Position numbers and translations under genes: made by a program. A model generated the notes under the pieces. That model ran no database searches and had not been told where the DNA came from. It was given only the letters and a program-made list of their open reading frames with translations. DNA of 64,000 nt from Trichinella spiralis (Eukaryota), in assembly GCF_000181795.1 (NCBI RefSeq), contig NW_003526948.1:816691-880690 (forward strand), written 5' to 3'. Positions 1-13,779 of the stretch are shown here, one piece after another. Every line of letters begins with the position of its first letter. Position 1 is the stretch's first letter.

Positions 1-3000
1 TTATTTGCATTACGCCTAAATGTAAACCGGTTTTTAAAGTGTTTCTGTTTTGGCTGAACATAAATTCTAACCTATGCCACGTTACCATATGAACCTAAAA
101 AATGCATTTCTTCGATTCTACCAATAAAAGAGCGACTATTTGAAAATTCAAAAATGACCTTGAGATTTAAAATCGAGTCGAAATATAAACTGCTTGACAA
201 AAAACGCCATAACAAAACAAAATAGGCAAAACACACCTACGTATGTGTGAAAATGTTTATAAATCAGAAAACCAAGTAGCTGAAATGAAGCTAATTTTAA
301 GTGAGCAATTTTTAGGCAAAAGCTTGCTTACAGTCAATTGAACGTGCGTGTTAGCTAGTGCAAAGTCGATTCTCGAAAGAGCATTTTTTAATAATAGTTA
401 AACAGTGCGTTCAGGGTTTATTTAATGAAACTTAATTGTATGGAAATTTGGCGTTGATTAAATCACCTATCATCTTATGCTGAGAACTCTTCACAGAGAA
501 AATATATTGAGAAATTATGCTCAATATCGATTTTCAACTGCATTGTTAAGTGATTAAGACTTAAAAATGAAAAAACTGCCACTTACTGCTAAATGCGCCA
601 TCTTCTCATTGTTCATGTTCATGCTGTTTCCTTGTTGATCAAAAAATTATTTTTCAGAAATTATTCCGAAAAATAATAATGAATAAAAATCAAATCTAGT
701 GTTTGGATTCAATGTTTGTCTTCAGTCAATTTTCCAATCAAAACGCTGAGCTACCATCCACGGACGGCCTCAAACTGAAATGATTTCTATTATGTCAATA
801 AAGCAAACGACCTTGCATGCAAATTTTTCGCTGTTTTTCGCAACACAATTCTATAGTGTTTGAAATTTCGAAATTTTCGTGAAAAAGTTTTCACCAATTG
901 TGAAGGGAATTTACTTGAATTGATCAGGATGGATTCGATAACTGCTAAAAAAATTATCCGTACCTTTCCTTGTATTGTATTTCTTGAGATTTTCCAGAAA
1001 AAGTGAAATCAAATATATGGTTGTAATGTTTTTGAAAATAAATAGAGGAAAAGATCTATGTTCGATAAATATGGAAATTAAATCATTTCATTAATTTTTA
1101 CGATGAAGCTTTCTATGTTTTTAGTCGAAAAGAGTCATTTATTTTGAAACAATTGTTCTTGTTGTTCATTTACGCTCTGCGGCATCTTTGCCTATTGCTG
1201 CAATATTCTGACTGATTTCGTTTCTGCGGTAAAGAGTATTCAAAGTGTTTCGATTGGAATGACATTATCATGCAATATGACGATCTTTCTGTTCTGTAGA
1301 TGTCAGATTGACAAACTTGAAATTTTGTCAAATTTCTCAAAAAATCATCAATTGCGACTAATGGAAAATTTACATACCACTAATTAGCATAACACTGTTT
1401 GTACTTATGAATAAAGCATTTTGTAATTCGTCTCGCATTTTGGCGATCATGGAATTAGTTCTACTGAGCTAACACGCGGGTACCTCTAAAGATTCGAATA
1501 AATATCAAGCATTAGTCGATTAATTTGTAATGAATAGTGAATTTATTTAATGGCGTTGCATTTATTATCAATCTTGACCTTCGCCTACTGCACTGAAGGC
1601 CAATTGTGCAGAGCGGCATACCATCAGTGTTACTTAGCGAAGTTGAAGTGAAACAGTCACACATTTGGTATCAATGAAAAGCCAAATGAATAATAAAGAT
1701 TACAGATAGTGGAGATTGCATTCCATGAAATGTTTGCTTTTTAACAAAGCAGACTTACAGTAAATACTTTTTGATTTGCAGGTATTAATGAATGACAGGT
1801 AAGGTGTAATGCATATGTAACAGAAAGCAATTGGAAACTTTACCTGAACTGACTGTCATCAAAAGGTGAATTAGTAGAAATTTAATACATTCGACGTCAA
1901 AAATGTTTTATTCCCAATAATTTGCAGTCTCCGGTTCCATTGTAAGAGTGTTAAAGATGGCCGACTTTTCCATGTTCTAAGATTGGCAATACACCAACTT
2001 TAAAAGCCATTTATTCCACAACCACTTGGCAGTTTTCTACGAAACTCTCCGTAACACCATCTTTTATCATTGGTAATGACCACCTTTGAAAAAAAGAAGA
2101 AATTTCCATAAAAAGTTTTTCTTTAAACAGCCCAGTCTATTATAGTCCACGGAATTTCGAAATTTTTGGAAAAAAAGTTTTCTTCCAAAAATGCTGGGAA
2201 TCCATTTGAATAGATGAAAAAAGATTCGAGAACTACTACAAACCTATCCGCACTGTTTTTAATTGCATATTTCTGGAGATGCTAAGAATTACTTTCCATT
2301 TAGTCATGTATATCTGGATGTGATTGATATGTGAAGTACAGTGGAAACCGAAACGCTTATGTAATATTGGAGATTTTGTGGAATGAAAATATTTTTTCAT
2401 ATAAATGAATAATGGTGCAAACGCGATGATTAAATTCTAGTGATCAAAAGAAGAACTGTTCAAATAACATATCTGAAATTACTGATGCCAGTAATTTTCA
2501 TTTAATTTTTATATATTTTCTTATGTTTTTAGGGTTTAGTTTCCGCACAGTCTTCGTTCATAAGTTATGAATCATAACCAAATGATGATATTTTCATAAC
2601 TATTCCCAATTATTTTATTAATTCTTAACTTGAATAATTCATTGTGTTTCTGAATACGAATAATGATGAGCTGAAATGTTTCAAAATGTGAAAAATGTTC
2701 AACAGATAAAATTTCAATATCTGTACTTTTTTATTTACTAAATGGAAGCTGTGTTCTTTATTTCACATGCATTTTACTTGTAATTGACACATCTAATATG
2801 GTAGTAGGAATGCAATAATTTTCACAGCGGATGGGTATGACGATTTTAATGAGCACTGGTGGAAAATCTATCCAGCCAATGCCATGCCTGAAAAACAACT
2901 GCAGCTGTTAAGAGGCTAAAACGTATAATGATAAATCATGTAAGTAAATCAGTGATGCGTAAATATTTTGTGCATCAATTTTATGAAGCAACGGAATTTG

Positions 3001-3060
3001 GCATTGCAAACCAAAGATAAACATAAGTGAAAAGATAGTAAAACAATAACATATTTTCAA

Positions 3061-6000
3061 CTACTGAATGTTGGGTTCACAAATGTACTTTCCAGATATG
3101 AGGCGTTTACGTAATAATGAAATTTCATAGCTGCAATTTTGAAGCTGCACATCTGCATTAGATATGCATGCACCATTCGACTGAAACTTAACTAACGTTG
3201 GAGCAGGTATACATCTACCTTGACCACTAGCTATTGTAGCTTCCAAAGTTCCAGATCTTTTGTCCCACCGTTTCAGTTCAGGCAGCTGAAACTGCAACTG
3301 GTTGGACTGCTGTAACCTGCAACAATCATCACTGCAGCGTTGACAATGTATAATATAGTAAAAAAATGCAAATAATGAACAAGTAAACTAACACTACGAT
3401 CCAAAATACGCATAGAAAAAATGTTCAATGTTGAAAAAATTAAAAAATATTCCACATTTCATTTTTAACTGAATTTGCCGATTCTATCTGTAAAATCTGT
3501 AAGTTCAGTTTAAAATTCTATTGCAAAGCATAATTTATAAGTTTTACATACCATGATGCACCCGAAGGCAATTTTACATTGTTCGCTGTATCACCAACGT
3601 CGGTGTTGAATGTTACATTAATCAGCGGTGCATAAAATGGACAATTTTCATTGTAACCGTATTCTATACTCAGTTCTGTCTTATCTTCTGCAACAATCCA
3701 ACGACTGGAAACCAACAATGGCGCTGAGCTTGATTCGAAGCCAGAAATGCTAGCTGATGATGAAATTTGAACTTCATAACGAAGTGTTTCAACATTGTAA
3801 TATGGAGAATGAGGTGAACGCTGCTGTTGTTGTAGCAGATATGACAACAATACCGGCATGTAGAATTCATAACGGTGACATTGTGCCTCCTCTGACATTA
3901 ATCTAAATAAATTACATAAAAAATCTTTTAACAGATTTTATTCCATGCAATATCATCTATAATTTTTCATTGAAATCTTCAAAAAAAGGAATTTCATGAT
4001 CAGTATTATTCCTTAACTATTACAAAACTGCTCATCACTTCTATTCTCGTTTAATTCTATTCATCTTTAGCTTTGTGCTTGAAATTTTTTTCGTTTTAAG
4101 CAATTTCTGTATACTGTTCAACCGTTATACAAAACTCTTATTCTGATCTTTTTGCTCAATCATAAAGCATCATACCTGTGTAGCAATGACTGATTGTAAA
4201 CAACCGAGTGCATTTTTTCAACATTCTTCATCTGAAATATCAACGGATATTTTGTAGGGTCTTTGTTCAGAAGAGCCAAACAACCAGCCGGAAACGATAC
4301 AGTCAAAGAACCAAATACTTTTACAATGCATCTAAAGCATACAGGCACTTTATTAATTAAAAACTGTAAACGTATTATATTATATTGTATTGTATTGTAT
4401 TGTATTATATATTTGCATTGTCACTTAATAAGACGTTTTAATGAGTTATTAATCAACATGCTCAGTGCTTCAATATTCATTACAAACTGCTTGACTGAAT
4501 TCCATTTCTTCAAAAACCAGCCTCAAAAGTCTGCTTAGCAAAACAGTCTAAATTTTAATCTGTACATTTACCTGTCGTTCGCAATAATTTTGTTGTCATA
4601 GGCATGTTAACAAAATAAACTTATAAACAAATAAATAAAGAGCTTGCAAACACAACGTAATACTATTACTCATTGTTTGCTTTAAACAATGCATGGATAG
4701 TTTCAATGATTGCCATTGCTAATGGAATTGTTCCAGAAAGGGAGGAAAGTGTCAAATCAGACTGAACCGTACTAATTTCGGTGCGGTCACTGGCGTCATT
4801 TGCTGAGGCAGGTATGTTTTCAGGTGTTGCGACGGAAACTGCATTATTTTTATAAACTTTTACAACATTCTGTATTAAAAGATATAAGCTACATTAGAAG
4901 CACCGTCAAAAACAAAAACATATAACAACAACAACTTTCAGTGTAGGTTGCTGAAGAGCAATCATGTGAGTTGGAGTCGTGCTACGCGGACGAAGACGAT
5001 ACTCTGATCCTAAAGAAATTCGACATAAAAACAACAGCACACTTTTCATTAATTTAGAATTAATAAAAAATCAAAATCACTACACACCAGCAAATGCTAA
5101 ATTGTTCCATTTATCATCACCAGTCTTAGCTGCCCTCAATACTTTCACACCTTTTGACTTATTTGTGCTGTCATTAAACATATTGAATTCCATATCATGC
5201 ACGCTAGCAACATTTCCCGTTTGTTTAACAGAACTCTGAATCAAAAGCAGAATTTGCATTAAATAAACAAATTAATTAATTAAATAAACTTACCGCAGAT
5301 GTCCCAGTCATCAAACCAACCGCTTCTCTAAGTTCATCCACTGAAGCGCTTGCCATCAGCCTATCGCCTTTTGCTGGCTTTATTTCTACTGTTATTTTTC
5401 TTGGAAACGTATCCGTGCCCCCTGCAAACAAACAGTGCGCATCAAACATAATAAAATACACCTGCTAATGCTGTATTGCTTCTTTCGCACTGCAGAGACT
5501 AAATGCTTATACAGCAAAACATACAACATCAGGGTTACAAAATTACACTGCACTGAATAATGTAAATAAGATGAAAAAATTACCACTGTCAGTGTCAGAT
5601 GACGAATCCATAAAAGAACTATGCTGCAGTGCAGCAGGGTTATCAATTTCAACATCAGGTTGAAAATCCATATTTACTTTCTGAAAAACATAAGAAATTT
5701 AAAAGATGAATATTATAAATAAAAAAAAAATACTGATCAAACTTACTTCTTCCATTTTGGTATCGGAAAAATTACTCGATTCAACGGACTTCTTTTTTTC
5801 TCTCGATTTTTTCTTCAGAAATGCTGAAAAAGAAAAATACGTCCGTATTTCATTTCTCATTATTTTTATTTCATTCCAACGTGTAATTTAATTTTAAAAA
5901 ATTGTTATGAAATACTAAAAAACAAATACAAAATATACCCATAGAAAGTGTTCGTTTCGGTTGTGTTTCTAAGTCAGCAGATTCCAATGAAGTATCACCA

Positions 6001-9000
6001 GTTTTAACACTCGACGTTGTATTAAACAGGCCATGAAATAGAGGATTGATTTGTGATGGGCTCGTTTCCGTTTCTATAACAGCATACAACAATGAACCAT
6101 TATAATAAATGTATTTAACTGAAAAAAACACCTTTTTTGTCAGATGCTGACATTTTTGATGGGAGAGAAACATTGTCAAATGTTCGACTTGAAGGCACTC
6201 CTATGTTTTTCGTACCAGACCGGCGACCAGGCAACCACATTGTTAGCTTCGGTTTCAACTGAGATGTAGTCAATGAACCAGCTGCAGCAACTAGTCATAT
6301 TCATATCATGATAAAAATAAAAAAAACATTTTCAAATGAGCATCAAAACGTAATATAAATTTCCTTGAGTTTTATCATATTTTATGGTCATTTCGCAAAT
6401 TTGATTAAGTGAACAAAATACCAGTGGAAGGTAAAGGCGAAGAATTTGTCGAAGAAGATGAAGAAGTACCGCTACCCCGATCTCGATAACCCGCTGGAAT
6501 GAAGAGATCTGCCAGCCGGCGTGTAGAACTTTGCGAGGGACTGCGATCACTTTTGGCCACATTCGTATTTCCTGCTTGTAACACATCACTGCATTCAGAT
6601 GAAGCTGTTTCTTGAGCAGATTTAGAAGAGATCGTGAGCAAATCAGTACTCCGTAGTTCTTTAAATTCCATCGGCTCTGAAAATTAAAAATGAACCAACG
6701 TTTTACGACGAACCAAATCATCGAAAGCATTCCGCCGCTTACCTGGACGATCTGTCCCGGTTGCTTTCAGTTTTACAATTTCCGTCAAAATAGCACTGAC
6801 GTCCAAATTGAACATTTCACTGCTAAACTCTTCAGTAATCTAAACTTATCTAATTCATCACACATCAGAAATTTAAACCCCTTTATCCACAAACCAGGCT
6901 AAACAATCCCAAATCCCCTCAAAAACACAAATATATAATGTTATTCAAATATAACGTGTAAAAAATAAAAAACCGATAATGTGAGATAGAACAATAGCCA
7001 CTATTTCAAGTTACAGCTTGAAGTTCAAGCATGCATGAATTAACTATAATAAAATGACAATGCCGCCATTTTTTCTCAAATTGCAAAAGATGTCCCTAAA
7101 ACTCGCCACTGATTTTCCGTTACAGAACATTACATTTTTCAAAATATTCATCATCTACATTACAAATATTGCTTATTATGCAAGCATTATTAAATAAATG
7201 CAATACAATATAAGCAACTTACATTTTTTTTAAATACAGAATGCTACGAATACACTTCATTCATCAAAACTGCTTGAAACAAATAAATATATTACATTTA
7301 TACGCAAATCGATACAACGTCACAAACCCAACTTAGCATCTAATTATACTGCTATTTACAAAAAGTTATCTACTTCAAAAACCTTTCTATCGCAAAAAAG
7401 CACATATGCATTCCGAGTAACTGCAATTTTTGATGTATTTTAATCATTAGTTTAAACAACAAATAAATAAATAATATCAATTTCTAAGACTTAACAATCT
7501 GAACTGAACAGTCTTATTTCACCAAATATAGAAATTGTTGAATCTTAAAAATTATAGAATGCATTGGAAAAGAATTCCTTAAACCCTTGCAAAAATCACT
7601 GAAACTTACTTTTGTCAAAGATTGATAATAGTTGGCCAGTGCTGTCGAGTAGAGCACAATAAACTGCTTCATTTGATTCAAATGGTCTACTTGAATTGTT
7701 TGAAAATTCTAAATTGACACTCCAGTTTTTGTTTCTTCCATCAAACATTAAATTTTCAATACAAACAAGAATGAAGAATATTATACCTTAGCTGCCATAG
7801 TCATGCGATTTTCAAAATCAACTCGAACATTTTCATATTTCTCAACGTACTGCTTGTATTCACCTCCTCAAAGCAATCAAGAAAACGATAAGAAGCAAAA
7901 AAAATTAAATTTAAAAATTAAATTGCTTACTAGCTTTCTTCATACGCGATTCACATTTGTTTATATCTTTGTTCGATGCACTTTCCCGTTTCAGTCGTTC
8001 CAGCTCTTCGCAGCGTACATAATACGTTTCCTTAGCTTTTTGCAAGCACGTTGTAGTCGTCTGGATCAAATTCATCGCTTCAAAAGTTTTCGCTTCCCGC
8101 TCCTTCACCTGAAACATTAACAAAGCGAAATGTCAATTCAACATTTCATTTTTCAACACATTATTTATTATACAAACTATTTATTTATTTATTTATTTAT
8201 CAATTTCGTTTCTTCACTATACCGATTTGTGTAATTTCAACTGCTCATCTCCGAACTTTTGAACATCACGCAAAAGTTCTCCAAATTTCGAAGCCAAACC
8301 CTGCTGCAGTTCAGTCATTCTGCGTACATACAGTTTAATCGTATGCCAAACAGACGCAAACGCTCTGAAAATCAACCAAAAAATTACTTCAAATTCTGAT
8401 AATGCAGTTCAAATTTGCTGTAAAAATTAACCAATCGAATTGCATACATAATAAAAAAAACTGCGGCAAAATTTGAGAGAAAAAAACAAACAAACATCTT
8501 CGATACTTTTAACAAATAGTTTCTGATTTTATTTGTATTATAAAAGCAAACTATGCAAAACAGATTAATGCCTCATTTTCACATCACTATTCAAAATTTG
8601 TTCTCACGTCTACCAACAATTCACTAAACTCGATATTTTTCATGCATATTTATTTCTTATTAATTGTCCAACTGATAAATATTTATTTTGCCTTTCTTTC
8701 GTTCATTCACAGCATGCTTCAATTTTATCCAATTTTACAAAATCAAATAGCACGTCAAGTTCTAATAAAGCATCTACAGTAAAGAATGATAAAAGTTTCA
8801 AAGATTCACGTTGAAAATGAAATAAATCTAATCAACAATTTAATATATGCGTCCTTTCCAAGAGTGAGATTGTGCATTTATTTGGAAACCTATGCATTTT
8901 ATTTTTTCTGCTTATTAAACGCAATTTTTTCAAAAGCGCCTTTCCATACCCATATATGATAAAAAAGCACACAGTCATCAGTCCGACAACTGAATTGCAT

Positions 9001-10299
9001 CAATCATCATTTGCCCCTTCATGAGCACTTCATCTCTAATTCCGCGTTGTTGTAATTGTTATAAATTTGAAAAACAACTGTTTACACATTAAAAAATGCG
9101 TAAATTAAAACTACATTATCATGTATCAAAAATCACAGCACATTTTGCAATATTAATTTCATCCATCTTACATTTCTTCAAACAAATATACTCTTAATAA
9201 GCTCATAAACGTTAAATATCATGCAACTTTGCAATTAACTTCATATGCCATAATTAGGGAAAAGTGACAAAAAATTCGTTCAAAATCAGAACTGTACCAG
9301 TAAAAATATACAAATACACCTTAAAGTTCTTATCAAAAATCACTTTAACGCAGCAGCGTCGGTCATTAGTTGATAAGTTTTGAATAATAAAAACTTTCAA
9401 ACAAAAAAGAATCCCACAAATCAATAAGCAAAACCCAAACTACCACGCTGCTCAAAAGTCAAGAACTAAACACATAAGTGATTCTAGCTAAAAAACACAA
9501 CAGTTACAAACAAATTACTTATATGACTGATGAAAAATATCGTAAGATGAATATATTAACAGATCTAGTAAAATGGGCAATTGTCTGTCCACCAACAATT
9601 TTAATGCATTTCTGAATTTAACATAAAAAATTCTCTGAATCTCTAAGAATTCTTTGTTCACTTAAACTGGTAAAATATACATAAAAGTGAACTATTTGCA
9701 ATCATGAAAATGAGATAACTTTGACTATTTTAGTTATTTATAACACATAACAACTATCAACCAATATTCTCCAGTTTCAGCTGCTCACTGTGTATCACAA
9801 TGAAATTAAATACAAATTTAAATTTTTCTGATAAAGAATATCATTCTACTTTTTCAAGTTTACAAAGTAAAAATATAAAAACTTAAAATTAGGTTCTCTT
9901 CTTAATATAACGTACATAAAATGACTGGTATTATCATTTCAAGCAACTAATAGAGAAAACAAAACGCAGTGAACTAAAATATAATGATGCAGGATATTAC
10001 GCGAAAAATATCCAAAAAGTCGGTCAAGTAATAAACGGTTAACACACAAACTCACGTATCAGAATCGTAGTTTGCAATCTGCTTCACACTTTTCAAAACT
10101 CTTTTTTGATGTTCATCTTCAGCATTTGCTCGCTCTTTAATCATATCTGTTAATTCTTTCACTGCCACATGATTAGATTTTATTATGTGAAACAAAACGG
10201 CAAAGCCATTGTGTTTTTCGCCCTTAAATTGTTCATAATAAAAAAAGATATAATAAACAATAACAAATTATTTACCCAAAAATGGTCACAGAATTCCAT
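3061..10299 (-). CDS. FCHO2: F-BAR domain only protein (FCHo1/2 family; clathrin/AP2 endocytic pioneer), 19 exons, ~940 aa
   Basis: Exons (minus, 5'->3'): 10276-10299, 10056-10222, 8223-8364, 7931-8108, 7787-7866, 7610-7708, 6743-6839, 6422-6676, 6132-6290, 5939-6073, 5747-5823, 5584-5680, 5294-5421, 5088-5235, 4936-5009, 4670-4869, 4176-4331, 3552-3902, 3061-3316. All are GT-AG and phases are consistent (2823 nt). F-BAR N-terminus MEFCDHFWGEKHNGFAVLFH...KELTDMIKERANAED, ending ATGTDRP. Linker DSSSDTDS...KITVEIKP...ASVDELREAVG (AP2-activating region). muHD IPLAMAIIETIHALFK...CIVKVFGSLTVSFPAG...SLLRKRLISGKY. The donor at 4935 (GTTGTT) is weak, so that boundary is less sure. Confidence 0.92.
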
Positions 10300-10994
10300 T
10301 TCTTTAAATTATAAAAAGGCCTTCTTCAACTCACAACTGCTGTGACACGACAAAAAATTTTTACCCCCTATGCAATACAAAATACAGTAGTTAATGAAAA
10401 TCAAGTTTTTGTTGTCATAACTTTTTCTTCACGCAAACCTGCTTTTAAACATTAATCTTGCCTGTAAATAAACTAAACTTGAAACTTTACGTTATTATTG
10501 CAATAGATAAACTTCATCTTTATCTTCAATTATTATTACAGTGCTAAATGCACAAGTAACATATGTTAAACATTAAATTTTAACAAAATCACAGGTACTT
10601 CAGTCTTTTATCAACTATTTATTTATGAATTATAAAAGAATTAAAAACAAAACGACAAACTTGTAAGCTATAACAGTAGATGTACTTCAATTAACTTTTT
10701 TAAAATGATTATTCGTTCCTAACAAATAAATTTGTTCACATTAATGAATACGCATTTAAATATCGATTGATATGATTTGTTGATGTAATCCGCTGCTTCA
10801 ATATATAATCGTAATTTTCATCTCTGGAAACTGGCGGCCTATTTTATTACAATGCTTAACTGCATCTTGCAACTTGCAATGCATTGCATGACAAACAGCT
10901 TAAAAACAGAATTTGATTTTGCAAGCAACAATGCTAATCAACGACAACTTATTATCTACAACTGTATTTAAACAAAAAAGCAACACAACTTCGT

Positions 10995-11534
10995 TCATGA
11001 TGATGCTGCAGCAAAACGGGCTTTCAAATCCTCTATCAGTGAAATTATTTTGCCAACGTTTCTATCAATATCCTCAGGATAATTATTCAACAAACGCAAA
11101 ACCACAGTTCTATCGTCAAAACCTTGATCCACTTCATCATCAATTGCCCTGAATATTTCACATTCCATGTTACTTCTGATCTTCTGTTCGCTGTACTGCC
11201 GAGCGAGCAGACGGTCGTACAACAGTTCCGTATCTGTATGCAAAATTACCACGGCATCAATAGTACCACTTGTAAACATATCACACCCATGGTATTCAAT
11301 TACATTCCCCCCGCGTAAAACTTGGGGCTTAATGTGCTCCAGTAATCGAGATTCGTCCAACACATCACATGAATACGTTGAATCGTAGTCCAATGTGAAC
11401 CCATGCTTTATAGCGATTTCACTCAGCTGCATCAGTGCCATACCACAACGCTTGGCAACTTCCGATATTATTGTGGTCTTACCAGTCGCCGGCGTTCCAA
11501 CAACCATAACATTTGGCAGCTTTCTTTCAAGCAT
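10995..11534 (-). CDS. AK6: Adenylate kinase 6 / Fap7 / hCINAP family NTPase (18S rRNA maturation), single exon, 179 aa
   Basis: Uninterrupted ORF from ATG 11534 (the ORF-track start at 11558 is a TTG). P-loop LPNVMVVGTPATGKTT; YDSTYSCDVLDE; Walker-B-like NVIEYHGCDMF; LID LYDRLLARQYSEQKIRSNMECEIF. All match the AK6/Fap7 family pattern. Confidence 0.93.
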   Translation of the reverse strand: MLERKLPNVMVVGTPATGKTTIISEVAKRCGMALMQLSEIAIKHGFTLDYDSTYSCDVLDESRLLEHIKPQVLRGGNVIEYHGCDMFTSGTIDAVVILHTDTELLYDRLLARQYSEQKIRSNMECEIFRAIDDEVDQGFDDRTVVLRLLNNYPEDIDRNVGKIISLIEDLKARFAAASS

Positions 11535-11581
11535 AAAATCAGCTACAATTTTTATCAAAATTTACCACAAACAACCAACTG

Positions 11582-11675
11582 CTAAAACAGGAATAAAAGA
11601 TTGCTCAATCAATGAATCAAATTCGGACAATTCCGATTAATGTAAAACAGCATAATTATTTTCATTTTATTTATT
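11582..11675 (-). promoter_or_regulatory. Putative intercistronic region: RTRAF poly(A) signal followed by a trans-splice acceptor for AK6
   Basis: On the minus strand: overlapping AATAAA hexamers at 11666-11675, a TCGGA/TCCGA stem-loop at 11623-11636, then TTTTATTCCTGTTTTAG ending at 11582, ~47 nt before the AK6 ATG. Confidence 0.55.
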
Positions 11676-11832
11676 AAACCTAAAAAACCCAAATAAATTA
11701 ATAAAAGTACAAAGAATTCCATCATAAAAACCAGACAGCCTTCCACAGAATGCAGTTAATCATCATATCATCCATCATCCTCACTATGCTTACAGTCAAA
11801 CGCATTCCAATGATTATGCAAAAAAAGCCCAA

Positions 11833-13771
11833 TTAAAAACCAACTTTTCCAAGACGTTGATCTGTTTTTGGATTAGCTGTCATTTCTTGAACAACAGTAA
11901 TTAGTTCGTTTATTTGACTTTGCACTAAACGTAATTTCTTCACATACAACATTCGTAAAACTGCAACAACTTCTACCAAAGCTTTATCTATAAAAAGTAA
12001 TAATTCTGCATAAGTTGCAAAACAAGCACGTGCTACTGCCCAAGCAACAGTTCGTTCAAAAGACTTATTCATAATTCATTAACAAATTCCTTAACTTTCC
12101 AACTTAGTAACAGCTTCAACATGTGCTTCACATTATTCAGTAAACATAACAACATTCGCCTGAATTCAAATTATAAACCATCAACATAACATTACATTAC
12201 ATTTACTTCTCACGAAAACAATATAAAAATATGCAACTTACCTTTTATTTCCAGTGCACTTTCAAAATCACTTAAATCAATAGCCTAAAAATAGGAAAAC
12301 AATTTCTAAAAACTGTAAAAACATATTTAAAAAACCTTAAAAGTAATATCAAACATTACTCATTATACTACAATATTTACCAACACTAACCTCTGCAGAG
12401 AGACTTTCTAGCTTTTTTTCATTTGGCGAGATAGAACATTTAGCACTGAGAGCAGAATTAACAGCCTTAAATAGATGTTTGAGATGGAAAATAAATGAAC
12501 GCCATTCCTCAGTTTTACAATATTCATAGCGGACTTCATATCATATTAAATAAAAATAAATTTAATTACTTTCAATGTAGTGACTATATCAGGATGGCTT
12601 GTAACACCCAATAAATTAGCAATGGTCTGAACGAAATCTTCAAACTTCGGCTCATCACCTTAATATTCAACATTACGCAAATAAAACAAGAAATCACAAA
12701 CAACTATTTACATCGAAAGTGCTTCAGTTTATCCACCTCTGTATTTCTACAACGACTTTCACCGTCAGCATATCTCTTCGCTGCAGGTTCGGCTTCAGCT
12801 GAACATACAACAGAATTATCCACACACAAAAATATAATATACACTGCTATATTACTTTACAAAATCTAATTTTGTGTTACAACATAATGTGAGTCATGAT
12901 ATTCATCATTTGTACGTTAAAAACATTTAAATACATACAGATTTGATTCTGATACGCCACATGAACAGCGAATCCTAATAACCATTCGACTACACCATAT
13001 CGAGTTGTTCTCTGACAGTTCGTACAGTGTAAATTATCCAAGTACTAAAAAACAATTTTTGAAAACAATTAATTAAAAATAAAAATACTTATGCTAAGTG
13101 ACCTGAGTTCAAATTAAAAAACTAAAATTCTCATAAAATTATTCTTTAGCGTTATGTGCAAATCAACATAAAAACAATAATTAAAAAGTAAATATTCTGC
13201 ACACTTATAAAATAAAATATTATTAAAGGCTTCTTTATACAAACAATGAACAATTAACTTGTCAATGTAACAATTTAATAGAAACTAGCTAATAATTTGA
13301 CATGAATGATGCAGCTGAAAAGCACCAATAGACTTTCTAAATTCAATTTTTAATATATGAATAATAATTCTAAATAACATGCCAGATTCATTTACTCAGT
13401 TAAATCATGTTTATTACGCTCAGTATACGAAAATTAAACCAACGCCACCTTGAAATACTACAAGTAATACAGCCTTTATTATAAATCAAATTTTGAAGAA
13501 TTAATTTAATTACAAATGTTAATAAAACTACCTGTTGAAACGCCTTGTTCCAAACAGGGCTATTTATATCAGATAACTGTCGACAGTGTCCTTTACCGTA
13601 ATACTGAATTTTTTCGCATTCCAACCACCGAATAAGTGAACGAAACTGGCAATCATCTGAATTAAAATTAAAAAAATATATGCACAAGTTAAATAAAGCT
13701 TAACGTATACCTTCGAGATTTAACGAATGTGCTCCCCTATAATTTAAGGATTCCAATCTCTTCTTAAGCAT
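11833..13771 (-). CDS. RTRAF: RTRAF / C14orf166 / CGI-99 (hCLE; tRNA-ligase complex subunit), 8 exons, 246 aa
   Basis: Exons 13711-13771, 13532-13656, 12939-13044, 12712-12798, 12570-12658, 12391-12465, 12242-12284, 11833-11987 (741 nt, phases consistent). Protein MLKKRLESLNY...FRSLIRWLECEKIQYY...VEWLLGFAV...IANLLGVTSHPD...LRMLYVKKLRLVQSQINELITVVQEMTANPKTDQRLGKVGF. The C-terminus closely resembles the family signature PKTDxRLGKVG. Confidence 0.92.
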
Positions 13772-13779
13772 TCTGATAT

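Noticed and set aside
852..2182. Two similar ~40-nt segments (TATAGT..GAATTTCGAAATTTT..AAAAAGTTTTC) at ~852-892 and ~2141-2182 as transposon ends
   Set aside because: Short, AT-rich, degenerate and in direct orientation, with no transposase or target-site duplication seen.
4566..4580. GACAG|GTAAAT inside FCHo intron 16 as a micro-exon or recursive site
   Set aside because: No polypyrimidine tract or suitable upstream acceptor, and the flanking exons join in frame without it.
12066..12161. Extra TTCAG acceptor in the last RTRAF intron
   Set aside because: Using it introduces a stop within a few codons in the required phase; the 11987 acceptor gives the family-typical protein. A poison-exon role cannot be supported from sequence alone.
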